Assembly (NCBI GenBank): GCA_041649575.1
Contig: JBAZMW010000002.1
Location: 150,001 to 182,000 of the forward strand
Reading direction: 5' to 3'
DNA: 32,000 nt
From: Patescibacteria group bacterium
Lineage (GTDB): Bacteria; Patescibacteriota; Patescibacteriia; 2-01-FULL-39-33
Shown piece by piece: positions 1-8,609 of this stretch. Under the pieces are notes generated by a model. The model was not told the origin of the DNA. It made no database searches and saw only the letters and a list, made by a program, of their open reading frames with translations. Numbering within the stretch: the stretch's first letter is position 1; the number at the start of each line of letters is the position of its first letter. The position numbers and the translations under genes are program-made.

Positions 1-1
1 G

Positions 2-667
2 CTGAAGGATATTGTTAATGAGATGGTCCGAGTGATCAGTCAAAACAATCAGCCCGTTCAGCTGCAGAACTTGCTTAACAGTTTCAAAGACTCCGAATTC
101 TATCAAAAAAACAAAGATAAAATTCTTTCTCGGGCGGTTTTTTTGGAAGCCACCGAAGAGGACGTGGATAAAATTTTAGAGAGTTATCTGCGCGCTAGCC
201 GCAAAATCAAATCCAATTTGTTTGACGAGTGGGGCTTGGTCTCTTGGGGCACTGTTCAACCCAAGAAGATCAATGATAAAATATATATGGCCCTAAAGAA
301 AGCCGGCAAGCCTTTGCATTTCACCGAGATTGCCAATTTAATCAACGAAACCAAGTTCGACGATAAAATCGCTTATCCGCCCACCGTTCATAATGAATTG
401 ATTTTGGATGACAAATATGTTTTGGTCGGCCGCGGTATTTACGCTCTGAAAGAATGGGGCTATAATCCCGGCAATGTGGCCGATGTTTTAGAGGAAGTGT
501 TAAAGGAAAATGGTCCTTTAACCCGCGACGAAGTTATCGAAAAAGTTTTGGCCAAGCGCCAAGTCAAGAAATCAACCGTCTATTTGTCGCTGATGAACAA
601 CAGCCAGATCAAGAAAAACGAGCAGGGCAAATACTATTTACTGGACGATACTGCCAAAAGTTTATAA
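2..667 (+). CDS. HARE-HTH / winged-helix DNA-binding domain protein, 5'-truncated (frame open to left edge)
   Basis: Frame is open to the window edge. The protein has 'INDKIYMALKKAGKPLHFTEIANLIN...YPPTVHNELILDDKYVLVGRGIYALKEWG' followed by 'VADVLEEVLKENGPLTRDEVIEKVL', typical of HARE-HTH domains. Confidence 0.7.
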   Translation: MKDIVNEMVRVISQNNQPVQLQNLLNSFKDSEFYQKNKDKILSRAVFLEATEEDVDKILESYLRASRKIKSNLFDEWGLVSWGTVQPKKINDKIYMALKKAGKPLHFTEIANLINETKFDDKIAYPPTVHNELILDDKYVLVGRGIYALKEWGYNPGNVADVLEEVLKENGPLTRDEVIEKVLAKRQVKKSTVYLSLMNNSQIKKNEQGKYYLLDDTAKSL

Positions 668-742
668 ACTTTAATTGTCAGCTAAAGTTAGCGTTTCAGA
701 CGCTAATCTAAGATAGTCTAAAACTCAGGAAGGTGACAAGGT

Positions 743-2290
743 ATGGGAATTGAACTTAATTTTGATTTGGCTTCAGTTTGGGAAAGTTTCGTAATTTTTG
801 CTTCCCAGGATCCAATTACCATTGGCATTCAACTGTTTCTTAAAGGTGGTTGGGTGATTTTTTTAATTGTAATACTGACTGTTTTTTACGATGCGTGGCT
901 AGATGCCCGCCAAGGCCAGTATGCCGGCAAGTGGCAGCATGTTCTCTTGGCTATCGATATTCCCAAAAACAATGAACAAACACCTAAGGCGGTAGAAAAT
1001 CTTTTTGTCGCTTTGGCCGGTACGCAATCCAGCGGCAATTTGATTGATCGTTATTGGCATGGCAAAATACAAGAAAGTTTTTCCTTCGAAATCGTCAGTC
1101 TCGAAGGCTATATCCAATTTTTGGTGCGCACTCCCGTTCATTTCAGGGATCTGGTGGAGGCCGCTGTTTATGCCCAGTATCCGGAAGCGGAAATCACCGA
1201 AGTCGAGGATTACGCCAAGGATTATGCCGGATTGCGTTTTCCCAATGAGCAATATAATTTGTGGGGCACCGAATTGGTTCTGACCAAGGATTACCCCTAT
1301 CCCATCAAAACTTATATTGATTTTGAACACACTTTGACCGGCAATTTTTTGGATCCCATGGCGGGGTTATTGGAGATTTTGAGCCGCTTCGGTCCCGGCG
1401 AGCAGCTCTGGCTGCAGCTGGTGGTGACGCCGTGGAAGCCGGACTGGGGCGAAAAAGCCAAAAAAGCCATCAAGACTCTTAAAGGAGAAAATTATGCTCC
1501 GCCGACCACCATAGCCGACAGGATAGCCAAACCAATCGAGTGGTTGGGCACTCAGGCCTTAAATGTCGCTAATGAATTTGCCGGCGGCGGGGGAGAGGGA
1601 GCCAGCAAAAAAGAGGAAGATCAGTGGAAAATGTTCAAACTTACTCCTGGAGAAAGACTGGTTTTTGAAAAAATTCAGCATAAATTGTCCAAAATTCCTT
1701 TCCGGGTGAAATTTCGCATGATTTATTTGGCCAAAAAAGATGTTTTTGCCAAAGGCCGGGGCGTAGCGGCTGTGATTGGCAATATTCAGCAGTTTAATGT
1801 CTCCGACGCCAATGGCTTCAAACCCGGCCCGAAAACCAAGACGGCGGTCGATTATTTTCGCGTTAAGAAAAGATTGGCGGAAAGGCAAAAAAGGATTTTG
1901 CGTCGTTTTATTGGCCGCAGTAATTTTTATGGCGAACCGGTCAGTAATATGTTTTTGAGTACCGAGGAATTAGCCACCCTTTGGCATTTCCCGGTGATGA
2001 CCGTTAAGGCGCCCAGGCTGGAAATGATTGGCTCCAGGCGAGCCGTTCCGCCCACTCGTTTGCCCTACAAAAGTCGTGGTTTTACCGTTGAAAAAGAGAG
2101 AGTTAGAACTTTGGCGGAAAGAGACGGCAGGATTGAAGAAAAAATTGAAGGTTCACTGGAATCTCATCCCCGGTCGCCAAAGTTACCAGCGGTAGCGCCG
2201 CTGGTTCGGCCGGCCAATTTAACGGACAAATCGACCGAACCGCCGCCGCGAAGAAATCCCGAACCGCCGGCCAACTTACCCACTGTTTAA
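743..2290 (+). CDS. Membrane-anchored conserved hypothetical protein, probable partner of the downstream coupling ATPase
   Basis: 515-aa ORF with an N-terminal hydrophobic segment (GGWVIFLIVILTVFYDAWL). It is followed 12 nt later by the ATPase gene on the same strand. Confidence 0.6.
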   Translation: MGIELNFDLASVWESFVIFASQDPITIGIQLFLKGGWVIFLIVILTVFYDAWLDARQGQYAGKWQHVLLAIDIPKNNEQTPKAVENLFVALAGTQSSGNLIDRYWHGKIQESFSFEIVSLEGYIQFLVRTPVHFRDLVEAAVYAQYPEAEITEVEDYAKDYAGLRFPNEQYNLWGTELVLTKDYPYPIKTYIDFEHTLTGNFLDPMAGLLEILSRFGPGEQLWLQLVVTPWKPDWGEKAKKAIKTLKGENYAPPTTIADRIAKPIEWLGTQALNVANEFAGGGGEGASKKEEDQWKMFKLTPGERLVFEKIQHKLSKIPFRVKFRMIYLAKKDVFAKGRGVAAVIGNIQQFNVSDANGFKPGPKTKTAVDYFRVKKRLAERQKRILRRFIGRSNFYGEPVSNMFLSTEELATLWHFPVMTVKAPRLEMIGSRRAVPPTRLPYKSRGFTVEKERVRTLAERDGRIEEKIEGSLESHPRSPKLPAVAPLVRPANLTDKSTEPPPRRNPEPPANLPTV

Positions 2291-2302
2291 ATTTTCTAAA
2301 AA

Positions 2303-3904
2303 ATGACAGAAGAAAGCGTCGAACAAAAAAAAGAAATAACCATTTTTGCCGAAACCAATTTCCGCAACCAGCGGCGCAGTTTTGGTATTAAGCGCGATGA
2401 TCGCCGGCGCCATATGTATATTATCGGTAAGACCGGCATGGGCAAAACCACGCTTTTGGAAAACATGATTATTTCCGATATCATCAACGGCGAAGGTTGT
2501 TGCTATATTGATCCTCATGGCGATACCGCCGAAAAAATTCTAAATTATATTCCTTCCCACCGGGTTAACGACGTGGTCTATTTCAACCCGTCCGATACGG
2601 ATTTTCCCATCGCTTTCAATATTCTGGAGGCGGTTGACGAAAAAAGCAAGCACTTGATCGCTTCCGGCTTGGTCGGAGTTTTCAAGAAGCAATTCGCCGA
2701 CAGCTGGGGCCCGCGTTTGGAATATATTTTAAGAAATGCTATTTTAGCTCTTTTGGATTATCCCGGTAGTACGCTTTTGGGTATCATGAGGATTTTGGTT
2801 GACGCCGATTATCGCGACAAGGTGATTGAGAAAGTCACTGATCCGGTGGTCAGGTCTTTTTGGACCAATGAATACACCAAATGGAACGACCGGGTTTTGC
2901 AAGAGGTCATTTCGCCGATTCAAAACAAAGTGGGCCAATTTTTATCTAATTTTTTAATTCGCAACATCGTCGGTCAGGTCAAATCGACCATTGATATGCG
3001 CGAGATCATCGACAACAAAAAAATAATGATAATGAACTTGTCCAAGGGCCGTATCGGCGAAGACACCATGCAGCTTTTGGGATCGATGATTGTCACTAAA
3101 TTGTATTTAGCGGCCATGAGCCGCGTTGATGTTCCCGAGCAGCAGCGCCAAGATTTTTATCTTTACGTTGATGAGTTCCAAAATTTTGCTACCGACAGTT
3201 TTGCCGATATTTTGTCAGAAGCCAGAAAATATCGCCTGAACCTGGTTATTGCCCACCAGTACATCGAGCAACTGCCGGAGCTGGTGACTGCCGCGGTTTT
3301 TGGCAACGTGGGCACGCTGATCAGTTTCCGGGTGGGCGCTTCCGATGCCGAGAGCTTGGTGCGGGAATTCACTCCTACCTTTACTGAAGAAGACCTGGTT
3401 AACCTGCCTTCTTTTAATGTCTATCTGAAATTAATGATTGACGGCATTTCTTCCGATCCGTTCTCCGCCACCACTTTACCACCACTTTTCGACGAAATGA
3501 TCACCGACAGCAGTGAAAAGGTCATTAAAGTTTCTCGCGAACGTTATGCCCATGGTCGTAAGGTAATAGAAGACAAAATTAACCGCTGGAGTGGCATTGA
3601 TCTAAGTGAAAAGTTGGCCGAAGCCACCGTGGGCAAGGGAGTGCCGGTTGTCATTTCCGCTTCCGGCGACGGCGCGAAGAAGAAGAAAAAAAAGAAGAAA
3701 AAGAGCCAGGCCACCGCTGGCAATAATTTTTCCGTGGCCTGCGCTTCCTGCGGCACGCCGGTCAAGCTGAACTTTCAGCCCGATGGCAAGCGCCCGATTT
3801 TTTGCGAGAATTGCCTTAATCAAATGGCCAAAGAAGAAGTCAAGTCCGACGAGGACGATGGCTACCAGAGTTTGGAAGATTTAAAAAAGATTCTGGGCCG
3901 ATAA
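2303..3904 (+). CDS. TraD/TraG/HerA-like type IV coupling ATPase with C-terminal Cys4 motif
   Basis: Walker A 'IIGKTGMGKTTLLENMI', Walker B 'FYLYVDEFQNFA', 'YIDPHGDTAEKILNYIP'. C-terminus is a poly-Lys linker plus CxxC...CxxC (CASCGTPVKLNFQPDGKRPIFCENC). Confidence 0.85.
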   Translation: MTEESVEQKKEITIFAETNFRNQRRSFGIKRDDRRRHMYIIGKTGMGKTTLLENMIISDIINGEGCCYIDPHGDTAEKILNYIPSHRVNDVVYFNPSDTDFPIAFNILEAVDEKSKHLIASGLVGVFKKQFADSWGPRLEYILRNAILALLDYPGSTLLGIMRILVDADYRDKVIEKVTDPVVRSFWTNEYTKWNDRVLQEVISPIQNKVGQFLSNFLIRNIVGQVKSTIDMREIIDNKKIMIMNLSKGRIGEDTMQLLGSMIVTKLYLAAMSRVDVPEQQRQDFYLYVDEFQNFATDSFADILSEARKYRLNLVIAHQYIEQLPELVTAAVFGNVGTLISFRVGASDAESLVREFTPTFTEEDLVNLPSFNVYLKLMIDGISSDPFSATTLPPLFDEMITDSSEKVIKVSRERYAHGRKVIEDKINRWSGIDLSEKLAEATVGKGVPVVISASGDGAKKKKKKKKKSQATAGNNFSVACASCGTPVKLNFQPDGKRPIFCENCLNQMAKEEVKSDEDDGYQSLEDLKKILGR

Positions 3905-3972
3905 AGCTATAAGCTAAGAGAGCGGCGCAGGAGCCGCTTTTATTTATCTTTAAAATGTGTTAAATTTTTCAT

Positions 3973-4521
3973 ATGTGGTCTGTTGTTTGGCAAGCTTTTT
4001 ATTTGGCCTGGCCGGCTTATTTGGCCAATATGGCGCCGGTTATTTTCAAAAATTTTGGTTGGTTAAAATTTTTGGATCGGCCGATAGATGGCGGCAAAAA
4101 ATTCGGCGGTGATTATCTTTTTGGACGGCACAAGACTTGGCGCGGGCTCCTGGCCGCTATCGTCGGCGGAGCTTTGGCCAGCTTTTTTCAGCTGATTCTT
4201 TATCGTTATCAGTTTTTCAGTTCTTTTTCTCTTTTTGACTACAACCAGCAGTGGCTGCTGGTCGGTTTACTTGGTGGTCTGGGCGCTATCCTGGGTGATT
4301 TGGCAAAAAGTTTTTTCAAACGTCGCCTGAAGATCGCCTCGGGCCGGTCTTGGCCGGTTTTTGACCAGTTGGATTTTATTTTTGGTTTTTTTGTTTTTGT
4401 TTATCTAACAGTCAGGCCGCCACTATTAGTGGTTGTCGTTGTTTTTCTAATCACCCTTATTCTTCATCCTTTGACTAATGTTTTTGCTTATCTTTTGAGA
4501 TTTAAAAAAGTTTGGTGGTAA
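3973..4521 (+). CDS. CDP-archaeol synthase/CarS-like integral membrane cytidylyltransferase
   Basis: 'YLANMAPVIFKNFGWLKFLDRPIDGGKKFGGDYLFGRHKTWRGL' and 'GLLGGLGAILGDLAKSFFKRRLKIASGRSWPVFDQLDFIFG' match the CarS family pattern. Confidence 0.8.
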   Translation: MWSVVWQAFYLAWPAYLANMAPVIFKNFGWLKFLDRPIDGGKKFGGDYLFGRHKTWRGLLAAIVGGALASFFQLILYRYQFFSSFSLFDYNQQWLLVGLLGGLGAILGDLAKSFFKRRLKIASGRSWPVFDQLDFIFGFFVFVYLTVRPPLLVVVVVFLITLILHPLTNVFAYLLRFKKVWW

Positions 4522-4526
4522 TCAAG

Positions 4527-5420
4527 ATGAAAAAAGCGTTAATTATTTTTAACCCCACCGCCGGCCTGGTTAGCAGACAGGATGTCCGCGGGCTGGTGGA
4601 AAAAAAATTGAAAGAGCTGGGCTTCGACTGGGAATTGTTTTTGCTTAACTCGGAGTTTGAAAAAAATATCTCCAGCTTTGATTTTTCCGGGCTCAAGTTG
4701 GTGGTGGCGGTGGGCGGTGACGGCACGATCAAGGTGGCGGCCCGCACCATTTTAAAAAACAAACTGACTTGCCCGTTGGCGGTCGTGCCTTTTGGTTCGG
4801 CCAATGTGATAGCTTCCACCCTGGCCATCCCCATTAGTATTAAAGAAGCTTTAAAGCTTTTAGACAAACCTAGTACCAAAAAAATCGACGTCGGCCTGAT
4901 TAATGGCAACCGTTATTTTTTGGTCGGTTTTTCCTTGGGCTATATCTCCGACATCGTTATTAATACCGGCAAAGGACTGAAAAATCGTTTTGGTATGCTG
5001 GGCTATTTTTGGCGATTATTTTTTAATAAAATCAGAATCTCCCGGCTTAAATTCAAAATCCAAACCCGCAACAGGACTTTCTGGCTCAAGGGCAATAGCC
5101 TGATAATTTTTAACGCTTTCAATTATTTTGGTTTCCGGCCCAAAAGGCCTATCAGCATCAGCGACGGCATTTTTAATCTCTACGTCATTACTAATAAGAC
5201 TTTTTTTTCTTTGATCCGGGCTGGATTTTATATCCTGCTCTACCACCAGCCGCCGCGTTATGTTTTTACTTTGGATAATAATTTCTTTAGAATAACTCTG
5301 CGCCGTCAACACTTTCTCAAAACCGCTCAAATCGACGGCGATCATCTCAATTTGCCGCGGGAAATAATCATCGAGGTATTGCCCCGGGCGCTAGAAATGG
5401 TGGTAAAAAATAATGGCTAA
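4527..5420 (+). CDS. Diacylglycerol kinase catalytic domain / YegS-like lipid kinase
   Basis: 'IIFNPTAGLV...VVAVGGDGTIKVAARTI...LAVVPFGSANVIASTL'. ATG at 4527 preferred over 4512. The 3' end overlaps the next gene start. Confidence 0.85.
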   Translation: MKKALIIFNPTAGLVSRQDVRGLVEKKLKELGFDWELFLLNSEFEKNISSFDFSGLKLVVAVGGDGTIKVAARTILKNKLTCPLAVVPFGSANVIASTLAIPISIKEALKLLDKPSTKKIDVGLINGNRYFLVGFSLGYISDIVINTGKGLKNRFGMLGYFWRLFFNKIRISRLKFKIQTRNRTFWLKGNSLIIFNAFNYFGFRPKRPISISDGIFNLYVITNKTFFSLIRAGFYILLYHQPPRYVFTLDNNFFRITLRRQHFLKTAQIDGDHLNLPREIIIEVLPRALEMVVKNNG

Positions 5421-6531
5421 AGAAAAAGTGGTAGTAGCGATGAGTGGTGGCGTTGATTCCTCCGTCGCTGCGGCCTTACTCAAAAAACAAGACTATGAAG
5501 TGGTTGGAGTTTTTATGCAGTTTTGGTTTCCCTTGTCTCGCCAGGGACAAGCGGAGGCGGGCTCGTTTACTAAAAATAAAACCATTCAGTCAAGTATAAA
5601 TACCAAGGTTTACGAAGAAAACCGCTGTTGTAGTTTGAGGTCTTGGAACGAAGCGCAACAAGTGGCGCGAATTCTGGATTTTCCTGTTCGCAAGGTAAAT
5701 TTCGGACGGCAATTCAAAAAACTGATTGTTGATGAATTTTTGCGTGAGTACAGACTGGGTCGCACTCCCAACCCTTGTGTCGCTTGCAATAAATTTATCA
5801 AATTTGATTTGTTGTTGAAATATGCGAGAACTGTTTTTGGTGCGGATTATTTGGCTACCGGGCACTATGCTAGCTTGGTGTCATTCAAATTAGGACGGCC
5901 CAAAGACAGACAAAAAGACCAGACTTATTTTTTGTATAATTTAAAACAAGCACAATTAAAGCACCTGCTTTTTCCGCTTGGTAATTATACTAAAAATGAG
6001 GTCAGAAAATTGGCTAAGAAGTTTAAGCTGCCGGTTTTTGATAAGCCGGACAGCCAGGAAATCTGTTTTGTGGGGCAGTCACATTATGATTTTTTGAAGA
6101 AATATTTGCGCTTACAGCCGGGTAAAATCATTAGCAACCAAGGAAAAATATTGAGAACGCATCAGGGTCTGCCCTTGTATACCCTGGGCCAAAGGAGCGG
6201 CTTGGGGCTTTCGGGCGGACCGTGGTATGTGGCTGAAATGGATTATAAAAAAAATCGGCTGGTTGTCACCAAAAAAGAAAAGCAGTCAGCAATCTTTCGA
6301 AAAGAATTAGTCGCCCAAAAAGTTAATTGGCTTTTTGGCGAACCAAAATTTCCTCTCATATGCCAGGCGCAAATTCGTTATCATGCCCGGTCGGCCAGTT
6401 GTCTGGTGAAAAAGCAGGACCAAAAGATTGTTGTTGAATTCAGGCAAAAGCAGCGGGCGATAATGCCCGGCCAATCTGTGGTTTTTTATCAAGGTGATGA
6501 GCTGTTGGGCGGGGGAGTGATAGTGGGTTAG
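5413..6531 (+). CDS. mnmA: tRNA-specific 2-thiouridylase
   Basis: 'VVVAMSGGVDSSVAAALLKKQ', 'GRTPNPCVACNKFIKFDLLL', 'DSQEICFVGQ', 'GQRSGLGLSGGPWYV'. Confidence 0.95.
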   Translation: MAKEKVVVAMSGGVDSSVAAALLKKQDYEVVGVFMQFWFPLSRQGQAEAGSFTKNKTIQSSINTKVYEENRCCSLRSWNEAQQVARILDFPVRKVNFGRQFKKLIVDEFLREYRLGRTPNPCVACNKFIKFDLLLKYARTVFGADYLATGHYASLVSFKLGRPKDRQKDQTYFLYNLKQAQLKHLLFPLGNYTKNEVRKLAKKFKLPVFDKPDSQEICFVGQSHYDFLKKYLRLQPGKIISNQGKILRTHQGLPLYTLGQRSGLGLSGGPWYVAEMDYKKNRLVVTKKEKQSAIFRKELVAQKVNWLFGEPKFPLICQAQIRYHARSASCLVKKQDQKIVVEFRQKQRAIMPGQSVVFYQGDELLGGGVIVG

Positions 6532-6639
6532 TACAGAAGGAGTCAGGTTAATAATAAAAAAAGAAGACAAAGATCGGGCAGAAGAGGTTTTAGAAATTGG
6601 TAATAAGTAAATTATTAATAATAAACAAAGATTTAACGT

Positions 6640-6668
6640 TTGACATAATTTTGAAAGCATAATAAGAT
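6640..6668 (+). promoter_or_regulatory. Sigma-70-type promoter TTGACA-17-TAAGAT
   Basis: TTGACA 6640-6645, 17-nt spacer, TAAGAT 6663-6668. Confidence 0.6.
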
Positions 6669-6770
6669 AATATATCTTTCTCCAGAGAGAATGATTCATA
6701 GTCCACTTGTGGTGGAAGATGATTGCACAAAAGACAAGGGAACAGGAACCCAAGAAGGAGGCTGTACGTC

Positions 6771-7592
6771 ATGATTAAAAGAACCGTCGTGGGGCGACTT
6801 TTCCGTGATTCTGGCGCATTCGGCCAGTTGACGCCGCCGCCCGGTCTGGAGGGAACCATTGGTGATCCCGATTGGGATTTCTTCTCGAAGCTGCCGCCGC
6901 GTTTTGATTTTCTGGAACTCTGCGATCGGGTCGGCCACGCTTTTGAGATGTCCGAGTCACCCATCTCGCCCTCCGACTGGGAGGACCAGTTCGAAAGTCA
7001 GAAGGAGCGGCTGCTCGCTCTGTCCGGCTGCTCTGATGGCCATGGCATCGTGCTTTTGCCCGGCCTATTGCCAGTGGCTCCCGGTGATTGTATCAGGAAG
7101 AGCCTTTTCAATGTCTACATCCCGGCGGTAGAACGCGGCTACGGGGCGATCTATCCCAAGAGGGCTTTTGAGGATTGGTGTGATGGTCGGGCGGACAGTG
7201 TCGCGGCTTTTCCCGGAGTGGGCCACGAGCATCTAATCCACCTCGCCAGTAAAGGCTTGGTCGCCGTCTTCGTCTACATCGCCCATTGTATGCGGGCGTG
7301 GCCCGTCTCGACCCAGCGCCGACTGCCACGGAAGTTGTTCAAATCGAATTTCTCCTTGGCCGGCGGCTGTGACACGCTTTCCGTCCTGTCTCTGCACCCT
7401 GATATTCTCGCCGCTGGTTTCTGTAGCCCGACGATCGAGCTCAGTGCCTTGCAGACAGATTCGCCGCGCCTCTCGATCTGCGTGGTGCCAGAAGACAAAC
7501 GCCTCAGACTCGACATCTGGGGTAATCCCGACGATTTCGCGCCTGAAGCTTCAGGAGGGCTTTCGTTCTGGAAGGAGCAACCTGTCTTCTAG
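6771..7592 (+). CDS. Hypothetical protein (273 aa), G+C-rich cassette gene
   Basis: ATG 6771 preceded by AAGAAGGAGG. Has an upstream promoter and a downstream terminator. No recognised motif. Confidence 0.7.
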   Translation: MIKRTVVGRLFRDSGAFGQLTPPPGLEGTIGDPDWDFFSKLPPRFDFLELCDRVGHAFEMSESPISPSDWEDQFESQKERLLALSGCSDGHGIVLLPGLLPVAPGDCIRKSLFNVYIPAVERGYGAIYPKRAFEDWCDGRADSVAAFPGVGHEHLIHLASKGLVAVFVYIAHCMRAWPVSTQRRLPRKLFKSNFSLAGGCDTLSVLSLHPDILAAGFCSPTIELSALQTDSPRLSICVVPEDKRLRLDIWGNPDDFAPEASGGLSFWKEQPVF

Positions 7593-7629
7593 CTGGCGCG
7601 CCTTAGCCGGCTGCCGGAGTTCTCTAATT

Positions 7630-7676
7630 GGGGCTAGTGATCATACCAATCACCGGCCTCTGTTTTTTGTTTTAAG
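7630..7676 (+). terminator. Rho-independent terminator
   Basis: ggggctagtgat / atcaccggcctc stem (two G-T wobbles, one mismatch) followed by tgttttttgtttt. Confidence 0.6.
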
Positions 7677-7681
7677 CGTAG

Positions 7682-7710
7682 TTGACATTGATAATGAAAA
7701 CCCTTAAGAT
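7682..7710 (+). promoter_or_regulatory. Sigma-70-type promoter TTGACA-17-TAAGAT
   Basis: TTGACA 7682-7687, TAAGAT 7705-7710. Same -35/-10 pair as at 6640. Confidence 0.6.
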
Positions 7711-7763
7711 AATCTTTCGATCTTTCAAGTTAAACTAGTAAGGCAACCATGGAGGGAGCTGCC

Positions 7764-8501
7764 ATGTTTCTGGTATTATTTTCCATTCTGGTCTACCCAG
7801 TGGCCTTTGTCACCTTCGTCGTTTGCGCCTCAATCTACCTGGCGTTTGTCTTTGTCTTCAAGTCGCTGGGCTGGGAGCTGCAGTACCTGGGGCCGTTGGT
7901 TCGGTTTCTGGCTCGCGTGATTCTCTTGAGTTGTGGCCAATGGCTCAAGGTTGGGGGCAACTGGCCCTCTCCGACTATCGGGCCTTGCATCTTTCTCTTC
8001 AACCACAGCTCTATCCTGGATGCTCTGGTGGCTGGCGCGGTGCTAAAAGGACGGTTCACTGGCGTGGCTGCCCAGGAGTATTTCTTTTGGCCGCTGTGGG
8101 GAACCATTATGCGCTGGCACAATATCATTCCCATCAAGCGCAAGTGCCACGACGAGGCCATAGAGAGCATGCGGCGGGCGGAAGAGGCGATAAAAAACGG
8201 CTGGTCAATAGGCGGCTTTCCCGAGGGCACCAGAAGCAAGACAGGAGAGTTGCAGCCGTTCAAAAAGGGCCTTTTCTATGTGGCCAAGGCCACGGGCGCG
8301 CCGATCGTGGTGATAGCCATCAAGGGGGCGTACCGTGCCAAGAGTCGCGTCGGTTGGTGTGTTCGGCCGGGAGTGATAACGGCCACTATCGGCAAACCCT
8401 GGACCCTGTGGTCTAACGGAAAGCAACGGTATGCGGCCTTGTCGGTGGAAGAGTTAAGGCAACTGGCCGAAGGGCTCATGGCAACCATGCTCGAAAGTTG
8501 A
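7764..8501 (+). CDS. 1-acyl-sn-glycerol-3-phosphate acyltransferase-like protein (PlsC family)
   Basis: 'FLFNHSSILDALVAGAVL' (HxxxxD-type motif) and 'GGFPEGTRSKTGELQPFKKGLFYVAKATGAPIVVIAIKG'. SD GGAGGG before ATG 7764. Confidence 0.85.
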   Translation: MFLVLFSILVYPVAFVTFVVCASIYLAFVFVFKSLGWELQYLGPLVRFLARVILLSCGQWLKVGGNWPSPTIGPCIFLFNHSSILDALVAGAVLKGRFTGVAAQEYFFWPLWGTIMRWHNIIPIKRKCHDEAIESMRRAEEAIKNGWSIGGFPEGTRSKTGELQPFKKGLFYVAKATGAPIVVIAIKGAYRAKSRVGWCVRPGVITATIGKPWTLWSNGKQRYAALSVEELRQLAEGLMATMLES

Positions 8502-8531
8502 GCGTCAGGCGGTTCCCGCTAGCGTAAGTAT

Positions 8532-8562
8532 CCGGCAACAGCGATGTTTGCCGGTTTTTCTT
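8532..8562 (+). terminator. Rho-independent terminator after plsC-like gene
   Basis: ccggcaa ... ttgccgg followed by tttttcttt. Confidence 0.65.
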
Positions 8563-8565
8563 TAC

Positions 8566-8593
8566 TTGATAAAATCTCCTAATTTGTTATAAT
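8566..8593 (+). promoter_or_regulatory. Promoter TTGATA-16-TATAAT for alaS
   Basis: TTGATA 8566-8571, TATAAT 8588-8593. alaS ATG is only 16 nt downstream of the -10. Confidence 0.6.
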
Positions 8594-8609
8594 TCAGTCA
8601 AACATTTTT

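Noticed and set aside
899-1958. Track ORFs on both strands (143, 79, 64, 109 and 60 aa) overlapping the 515-aa ORF
   Set aside because: They are fully embedded in a longer ORF with a good start context and operon position, and have low-complexity or incoherent sequences.
3658-3720. Frameshift or pseudogene caused by the poly-Lys tract in the coupling ATPase
   Set aside because: The frame continues cleanly into a conserved-looking Cys4 module, so the gene appears intact.
6723-7329. Alternative upstream start at 6723 and shadow ORFs at 6775, 6859 and 7108
   Set aside because: ATG 6771 has the SD AAGAAGGAGG. The others are overlapping frames in G+C-rich sequence, where long spurious ORFs are common.
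7835-8416. 197-aa (+) and 142-aa (-) ORFs overlapping the PlsC-like gene
   Set aside because: The PlsC frame carries the acyltransferase motifs. These are frame shadows.
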